Sequence record: SRR22947725_4056
Strand: one strand, 5' to 3'
Length of the DNA stretch: 64,000 nucleotides
A program made the position numbers and the translations under genes. Shown here piece by piece: positions 57,631-64,000 of this stretch (within the stretch, counting starts at the first letter, position 1; every line of letters begins with the position of its first letter). The notes below the pieces were generated by a model. That model saw nothing but the letters and a program-made list of their open reading frames with translations, did not search any database and was not told the DNA's origin.

Positions 57631-58983
57631 ATGACATTTGATCGAGCCCGGCTGTCTGCACTGATGTCAGCGGAGCGCGCACGATTTGAATCGGTGCGAC
57701 CTCGATCTCAGGAGCTCTTCCACAAAGCAAGCCTTCGCATGCCAGGCGGCGTTCCGATGCTGTGGATGTCGAAATGGCCGGGACCTTGGCCGGTCTATGT
57801 CAAGAGTGCTCAGGGGGCTCATTTCGAGTGTGTTGATGGGATTGACCATGTTGACCTGTGCCTGGGGGATACCGGTGCGATGGTGGGTCATTCGCCTCCC
57901 GCGACAACGGCTGCCATCGTTAATCAGCTGACCAAAGGCATCACGACCATGCTTCCGACGGAAGACGCAGAAATTGTTGCCTCGCTGCTGGCGGAACGAT
58001 TTGGTCTGCCGCTCTGGCAATTCACTCTCACTGCCACGGATGCAAACCGGGCCATGATTCGTTATTCACGCCAAGTGACGGGCAAGAGCAAAGTGCTCAT
58101 CATGGATTATTCGTATCACGGCAGTGTCGATGAGACTTTTGCCACTGTGGACGATGAGGGCAAAGTTATCAAACGCAGGGGAAACATTGGTGCCCCTGTT
58201 GAGCCTTCGCTCACAACGCTGGTTGTTCCTTTCAACGATGTGGTGGCCCTGGAGGCCGCCTTTTCGAGTGGGGATGTCGCGTGCGTATTGATTGAACCCG
58301 CGATGACCAATATTGGAATCGTCCTGCCCGAGGATGGTTGGCATCAGGCGTTGCGCACTCTTTGTTCCGATCACGATGCCATCTTGATCATCGATGAGAC
58401 ACATACCCTCTGCGCTGGACCGGGGGGAATGACCCTCCGGGATGGCCTGGAGCCTGACGCGGTAGTCGTGGGGAAAACTATCGCCGGGGGTATTCCCGCA
58501 GGCGCGTACGGCATGACACAGCAGTTGCAGGATCGGGTGCATGCCTCGCTGACCCTAGAGGACATTGATGTGGGTGGGGTCGGTGGAACGTTGGCCGGAA
58601 ATGCTCTCTCCCTTGCCGCCATGCGTGCCACACTGGGCTCCGTTCTCACCGCGGCGGTATATCCGGACATGATTCTCCGCGCCGAAGAATGGACGAGCGG
58701 AGTCCAGAGCTGTCTCTCGGACCTCGGTGTACCGTGGCAGGTGACCCAACTGGGTGCGAGAGCAGAATATAGTTTTCTCCCTCACCCGCCACATGATGGT
58801 CGCGAAGCGGCAGCGGCCGATGATTTCGAGCTGCAACAGTATTTGCACCTGCACGCTTTGAACCGAGGAATATTGATGACGCCCTTCCACAACATGGCTC
58901 TGATGAGCCCTGACACCACCCAGAGCGATGTCGCCGCGCACACAGCCCATTTTCGCGAAGCTGTGGAAAGTCTTTTTTTGTGA
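57631..58983 (+). CDS. Class III aminotransferase, glutamate-1-semialdehyde-aminomutase-like (probably not HemL)
   Basis: GGVPMLW, DLCLGDTG, YHG, EPAMTN, DETHT, GKTIAGG, GGTLAGN. Confidence 0.82.
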   Translation: MTFDRARLSALMSAERARFESVRPRSQELFHKASLRMPGGVPMLWMSKWPGPWPVYVKSAQGAHFECVDGIDHVDLCLGDTGAMVGHSPPATTAAIVNQLTKGITTMLPTEDAEIVASLLAERFGLPLWQFTLTATDANRAMIRYSRQVTGKSKVLIMDYSYHGSVDETFATVDDEGKVIKRRGNIGAPVEPSLTTLVVPFNDVVALEAAFSSGDVACVLIEPAMTNIGIVLPEDGWHQALRTLCSDHDAILIIDETHTLCAGPGGMTLRDGLEPDAVVVGKTIAGGIPAGAYGMTQQLQDRVHASLTLEDIDVGGVGGTLAGNALSLAAMRATLGSVLTAAVYPDMILRAEEWTSGVQSCLSDLGVPWQVTQLGARAEYSFLPHPPHDGREAAAADDFELQQYLHLHALNRGILMTPFHNMALMSPDTTQSDVAAHTAHFREAVESLFL

Positions 58984-59645
58984 CTGCTCTGGTATTCGCA
59001 ACCACGAATCCGGCAGAGTTGCTGAGTGGAATGCGTCATGCCCGGATGGCCATTGGGAAGGGCGAAGTCGTTTGTGTGCCAACGGACACGTCCTACGCGC
59101 TCGTCGCAGATGCTTTCAACCCCGTGGCTCTCGACAAGCTTCGTGCCGCGAGGCGGATGCAAGACCGGGCGCCGTTGTCCGTTTTTCTGCCTGGAATTCC
59201 GACTTTGAATGCTCTTGCTGAGTCCGTACCCGAAGAGGTGGAAGCGCTAGCGACGGAATTCTGGCCGGGGGCACTGACTGTGATTGTCCGAGCGGGGGAA
59301 ACCTTGGCATGGGACTTGGGTGACACCGCCGGAACCGTGGCCCTTCGCATGCCAGCGAACCGGATAGCTTTGGAATTGCTGAGTGAAACCGGCCCGTTGG
59401 CGCATTCCAGTGCCTTTGCCCTGGGTCAATCTCCGCTGGTTTCTCCGAAGGCTTTGGCCAAGCGCTTCGCGGATTCCGTGTCGGTCATTGTTGCTGCGGG
59501 TGACGAAAAAACGGGGAAGAGCCTTTCCACTGTGATCGATGCGACCTCTCTGGATTCACCTCAGGGAAAACTCCGGATCGTCCGGGAGGGGACTATTTCT
59601 TCCCTCGAAATTTTTCGCGTTCTCGAAGCGGACCGGTTCGCCTAA
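58980..59645 (+). CDS. Second TsaC/Sua5/YrdC-family protein with degenerate catalytic motifs
   Basis: PTDTSYA, FWPGALT, WDLGDT, ALRMP and STVID are retained. KGR is replaced by RRM and SSAN by SSAF. Confidence 0.85.
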   Translation: MTALVFATTNPAELLSGMRHARMAIGKGEVVCVPTDTSYALVADAFNPVALDKLRAARRMQDRAPLSVFLPGIPTLNALAESVPEEVEALATEFWPGALTVIVRAGETLAWDLGDTAGTVALRMPANRIALELLSETGPLAHSSAFALGQSPLVSPKALAKRFADSVSVIVAAGDEKTGKSLSTVIDATSLDSPQGKLRIVREGTISSLEIFRVLEADRFA

Positions 59646-59749
59646 ACCACCAGCTGAAGCCTCGATTAGTGCCTCCCAGCCGGGTTTGATACAGTGCTCT
59701 AACGACGTCGTTCGCCGCACAACTGTGTGCCCCGAAACTGGAGACTGAG

Positions 59750-60565
59750 CTGTTAGCTGAAGCCACCGAGATACTCATCCAGTTCCCGGCCAGTGACGCC
59801 GGAGGATTCTCTCCCCCGACAATTGAGGAATTTTTTCCTCCTGCCATTCTTTTTGAAGGCACCATCTTTGAAATGAACCGCATCGTGCTGGTTCGCTTGT
59901 TTGCTGTCGTTGCTCTGTTCCTGGTCTTCTGGTTGGGAACCCGCAAGATGCGCGTCATTCCCGGTCGCTTCCAGGGCGTTGTGGAAATGGGTTTGAACCT
60001 GGTTCGGGTAAACATCGCTGAAGACTTGCTGGGAGAAAAGGACGGGAAGCGTTTCCTGCCCTTACTCACTACGATTTTCTTCCTGGTGCTCTTCATGAAC
60101 CTGACAGGCGTGATTCCAGGAATAAACATCGCCGGTACCAGCGTGATTGGGATGCCGTTGGTCTTGGCCGTAGCGTCCTACCTCGCTTTCATTTATGCCG
60201 GATTGCGAAAGCATCCCGGTGCTTTCTTGAAGAACTCCTTGTTGCCCCCCGGCGTCCCCTGGCCGCTGTACATCATCGTGACCCCCATCGAATTTGTCTC
60301 CACCTTTCTGTTGCGCCCGGTGACCTTGACTCTGCGGTTGCTGATGAACATGGTGGTCGGCCACTTCTTGCTCGTACTGTTCTTCTCCGCCACCCATTTC
60401 TTCGTCCTCTACTCTGGTTCGGTGATGGGCTTCTTTGGAATTGGAACCATTGCCTTTGGCATCGCCTTCACGTTCTTTGAGATCTTGGTGGCAGTGCTGC
60501 AGGCCTACGTCTTTACCCTTTTGACCGCCGTCTACCTCCAGTTAGCGCTGGCGGAAGAACACTAA
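59750..60565 (+). CDS. atpB: ATP synthase F0 subunit a (probable CTG start; first ATG at 59873)
   Basis: PGRFQ, PIEF, essential Arg in TLRLLMNM, LQAYVF. Frame is open 41 codons upstream to a CTG preceded by GGAG. Confidence 0.93.
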   Translation: MLAEATEILIQFPASDAGGFSPPTIEEFFPPAILFEGTIFEMNRIVLVRLFAVVALFLVFWLGTRKMRVIPGRFQGVVEMGLNLVRVNIAEDLLGEKDGKRFLPLLTTIFFLVLFMNLTGVIPGINIAGTSVIGMPLVLAVASYLAFIYAGLRKHPGAFLKNSLLPPGVPWPLYIIVTPIEFVSTFLLRPVTLTLRLLMNMVVGHFLLVLFFSATHFFVLYSGSVMGFFGIGTIAFGIAFTFFEILVAVLQAYVFTLLTAVYLQLALAEEH

Positions 60566-60850
<285 letters not shown>

Positions 60851-60858
60851 GCCTCACT

Positions 60859-61455
60859 ATGACCACAGAAGCACTTCTTCTTGCAGCGGAAGGGGAAGCG
60901 ACAAACCCGCTGATCCCCGCGATTTATGACATTGTCTGGTCGCTCATTCCGTTCGCTTTAGTGTTGCTGCTTTTCTGGCGCCTGGTGTTGCCGAGGCTTC
61001 AAAAGACCCTTGATGAGCGCTCCAGCGCCATCGAGGGTGGTATTGCCGAAGCGGAATCCGCTCAGGTGGAAGCCAAGGAAGCCCTGGACAAATACACGAA
61101 GCTCCTGGCTGACGCTCGCGCGGAAGCTGCTGAGATTCGCGATGGAGCCAGGGCGGAAGGCGCAAAAATCCTTGCCGAAATCAAGGAAGACGCTCAGGGC
61201 GAAGCCACTCGTATTGCGGCAACAGCGAAAGCTCAGATTGAGGCGGAACGCCAGCAAGCTGTGTTGTCCCTGCGCAAAGAGGTGGGGACTCTCGCTCTGG
61301 ATCTCGCCTCGGCAGTGGTTCAGGAGCGTTTGACTGAGGACGCCCAGGCGGCCTCAGTCGTCGACAAGCTCTTGGCCGATCTCGATAAGGAGTCCGCCGC
61401 CACCGGCCAGAAAGCCGCGGCAAAGAAGGCGCCTGCGGGGAAGGCCAAGAAGTAG
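60859..61455 (+). CDS. atpF: ATP synthase F0 subunit b
   Basis: NPLIP, a TM helix, then an Ala/Glu coiled coil (LDERSSAIEGG). Confidence 0.94.
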   Translation: MTTEALLLAAEGEATNPLIPAIYDIVWSLIPFALVLLLFWRLVLPRLQKTLDERSSAIEGGIAEAESAQVEAKEALDKYTKLLADARAEAAEIRDGARAEGAKILAEIKEDAQGEATRIAATAKAQIEAERQQAVLSLRKEVGTLALDLASAVVQERLTEDAQAASVVDKLLADLDKESAATGQKAAAKKAPAGKAKK

Positions 61456-61457
61456 TC

Positions 61458-62249
61458 ATGGGAGCACAGACGAATCAATCCTTGGCGGCGACCAAGGCCT
61501 TTGTGGCGGGTGCACGCGGTGACGCGATGGCGCTTGCAGAGGGTCTTTTTGCTGCCGCCTTGGCGTTGTCTTCGTCCCCACCCCTCCGCAATCAACTGGC
61601 CGATGCTTCCCTCGATGTGTCGTTGCGTCAGAAGCTGGCTGACAAGGCTTTTGCATCGTTGTCCACGGATGTGAAAGCTCTCATGAGTCAGAGTGTGGAA
61701 CTTCGCTGGTCGCGCCCTGAAGACCTCCAGATGGCGTTTGAGGACATGGGAATTCGACTGGCGGCGCAATCAGCGGGAGACTCGGCTGATGTCGTGGGCG
61801 AGCTCCTCGCGATTTCCACCCTCGTGCACGGCAACGCCGATGTCGAACTGGGCTTAGGGTCCAAGCGAGCCGCTGCCTCGGCGCGTTCTGCGCTGATGAA
61901 AAAACTCGTCGGGACGAAAGTGTCCACTCAAGCCGCGGCTATTGCTGCTCACCTCGTGGCAGACCCGCGGGGACGTAAGATCGGCGCGATGTTGAACCAC
62001 GCGGCAGAGATTGTGTCCGACGAGCACGGCAAGGGATTGGCCGTTGTTCACGTGTCCCGGGCTTTGAAACCAGCACAGCGCTCACAGATTGATGCCCTCC
62101 TGGTCAATCGATTTGGTCGCGCACACTATCTCGCAGAGCAGGTGGACACCTCCATAGTCGGTGGTGCCCGCATTCGCGTGGGGGACATGATCATCGATGG
62201 CAGTATTGCTACTCGTTTACAAGATTTGAGAACGAAACTCGCTGGCTAG
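61458..62249 (+). CDS. atpH: ATP synthase F1 subunit delta (long actinobacterial form)
   Basis: RWS motif, VDTSIVGGARIRVGDMIIDGSI, operon position. Confidence 0.92.
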   Translation: MGAQTNQSLAATKAFVAGARGDAMALAEGLFAAALALSSSPPLRNQLADASLDVSLRQKLADKAFASLSTDVKALMSQSVELRWSRPEDLQMAFEDMGIRLAAQSAGDSADVVGELLAISTLVHGNADVELGLGSKRAAASARSALMKKLVGTKVSTQAAAIAAHLVADPRGRKIGAMLNHAAEIVSDEHGKGLAVVHVSRALKPAQRSQIDALLVNRFGRAHYLAEQVDTSIVGGARIRVGDMIIDGSIATRLQDLRTKLAG

Positions 62250-62295
62250 CGCCAGAAAGTTTCGCCGTTGAGAACACCCAAAAAAAGGAAGAACC

Positions 62296-63933
62296 ATGGC
62301 AGAAATCACCATCAACCCGGATGAAATCCGCGAAGCCCTCAAAGACTTCGCTAGTTCCTACGACCCCGGTTCCGCCTCGACCACGGAGGTCGGTCACGTT
62401 GTGGATGCCGCCGATGGCATCGCTCACGTGGAGGGTCTGCCAGGGTGCATGGCCAACGAGCTGGTCAAGTTTGCCGATGGCACCTTGGGCTTGGCACAAA
62501 ACCTCGATGAGAACAAAATCGGTGTGGTTGTTTTGGGCGAGTTCAGTGGCATCCAAGCGGGGCAAGAAGTAACCCGGACCGGAGAGGTTCTCTCCGTGCC
62601 CGTGGGCGAGGGATACCTCGGACGCGTGGTCGACCCGCTCGGAAACCCTATTGATGGTTTGGGTGCCATCAAGAGCAAAGAGCGTCGCGCATTGGAGCTT
62701 CAAGCACCGGGCGTCATGGCTCGGCGCAGTGTTCACGAACCTTTGCAGACCGGAATCAAGGCCATCGACGCCATGATTCCCGTGGGCCGCGGTCAGCGTC
62801 AGCTGATCATTGGTGACCGCCAGACCGGCAAGACCGCCATCGCCATCGACACGATCATCAACCAAAAAGCCAACTGGGAAACCGGCGACCCTACGCAGCA
62901 GGTTCGTTGTATCTATGTCGCCATCGGGCAAAAAGGTTCCACTATCGCTGGTGTGAAGGGTGCACTCGAAGCCGCCGGGGCAATGGAATACACCACCATC
63001 GTGGCTGCTCCTGCTTCTGACCCTGCAGGGTTTAAGTACCTTGCTCCCTATACCGGTTCCGCAATCGGTCAGCACTGGATGTATGACTCCAAGCACGTGC
63101 TGATCATTTTTGATGACCTCTCCAAGCAGGCCGAGGCTTACCGCGCGGTTTCCCTGTTGCTGCGTCGTCCGCCAGGCCGTGAAGCATATCCCGGAGACGT
63201 TTTCTACTTACACTCTCGCCTCCTGGAGCGTTGTGCGAAGCTCTCAGACGCACTGGGGGGCGGTTCGATGACGGGTCTTCCCATCATTGAGACGAAGGCT
63301 AACGATGTCTCGGCCTTCATCCCCACCAACGTGATTTCCATCACCGACGGTCAAATCTTCCTGCAATCCGATCTCTTCAACTCCAACCAGCGTCCCGCCG
63401 TGGACGTGGGTATCTCGGTGTCTCGTGTGGGTGGCGATGCGCAGGTGAAATCGATCAAGTCGGTGTCGGGAACACTCAAGCTCGAGCTTGCCCAGTACCG
63501 GTCCTTGGAGGCGTTCGCCATGTTTGCCTCAGACCTCGATGCCACAAGCCGCCGTCAGTTGGCGCGTGGGGCAAGGCTCACCGAGTTGCTGAAGCAGCCC
63601 CAGTACTCGCCCTACCCCGTCGAAGAGCAGGTTGTCTCGATTTGGGCCGGTACCAACGGAAAGCTCGACTCCATTGCCGTGGAGGATGTCCTGAAGTTCG
63701 AATCGGAGCTTCTGGATCACCTACGTCGCAACACCAAAATTCTCACCACCCTGCGCGATACCAAGGTCTTGGATGACAAGACAAAGGCAGAGCTTGAGAA
63801 ACAGGTCGACAGCTTCGTGACCGCTTTCCAAGGCTCTGGTGCAGAAGGCTTGGGCCAGCCGGGGAGTGAAGAATTTGATGCTTTGGAAAACGAAGACATC
63901 AACCAGGAAAAAATCGTTAAGCGCAAGCGCTAA
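62296..63933 (+). CDS. atpA: ATP synthase F1 subunit alpha
   Basis: [38 protein letters not shown]. Confidence 0.98.
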   Translation: MAEITINPDEIREALKDFASSYDPGSASTTEVGHVVDAADGIAHVEGLPGCMANELVKFADGTLGLAQNLDENKIGVVVLGEFSGIQAGQEVTRTGEVLSVPVGEGYLGRVVDPLGNPIDGLGAIKSKERRALELQAPGVMARRSVHEPLQTGIKAIDAMIPVGRGQRQLIIGDRQTGKTAIAIDTIINQKANWETGDPTQQVRCIYVAIGQKGSTIAGVKGALEAAGAMEYTTIVAAPASDPAGFKYLAPYTGSAIGQHWMYDSKHVLIIFDDLSKQAEAYRAVSLLLRRPPGREAYPGDVFYLHSRLLERCAKLSDALGGGSMTGLPIIETKANDVSAFIPTNVISITDGQIFLQSDLFNSNQRPAVDVGISVSRVGGDAQVKSIKSVSGTLKLELAQYRSLEAFAMFASDLDATSRRQLARGARLTELLKQPQYSPYPVEEQVVSIWAGTNGKLDSIAVEDVLKFESELLDHLRRNTKILTTLRDTKVLDDKTKAELEKQVDSFVTAFQGSGAEGLGQPGSEEFDALENEDINQEKIVKRKR

Positions 63934-63959
63934 ACGCGAGATAAAGGGACACTAAGACC

Positions 63960-64000
63960 ATGGGCGCGCAACTTCGGGTGTATCGGCAGAAGATTCGTTC
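63960..64000 (+). CDS. atpG: ATP synthase F1 subunit gamma, N-terminal fragment (runs off window)
   Basis: MGAQLRVYRQKIR directly after atpA. Confidence 0.88.
   Translation, partial: MGAQLRVYRQKIR

Overview
Housekeeping-dense, high-GC chromosomal segment. Gene content and order point to a streamlined Microbacteriaceae (Actinomycetota) genome; this taxonomy is inferred, not established. In order: dapC-gltA-dapD/dapE, mrp, mgtE, prfB-ftsEX-smpB-ssrA (tmRNA tag ANTKRTDFALAA), hisN-like/rsgA/aroA/kgd, two CNNM/CBS genes, metX/metY, ung, pckG with a divergent XRE/ScfR-type regulator, tRNA-Arg(CCG), argS-lysA-hom-thrC-thrB-rho-prfA-prmC-tsaC-wecA-atpI, then an ~11.7 kb block (tatB, a polyamine uptake/catabolism cluster and a second, degenerate tsaC/sua5) separating atpI from atpBEFHA(G). 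I saw no IS, integrase, prophage or CRISPR. Most notable: (1) Rho keeps its RNA-binding OB-fold but its motor domain has lost the R212-equivalent, Q-loop and R-loop motifs, and it has a highly structured leader. (2) A TsaC paralog has lost its KxR and SxN motifs and is coupled to the polyamine operon. (3) A 24-codon uORF with alternative hairpins overlaps the start of a CNNM/CorC gene. (4) There are two probable CTG starts (atpB and a lipoprotein). (5) A frameshifted PfkB remnant abuts the tmRNA 3' end. All calls come from reading motifs by eye; no database searches were run.
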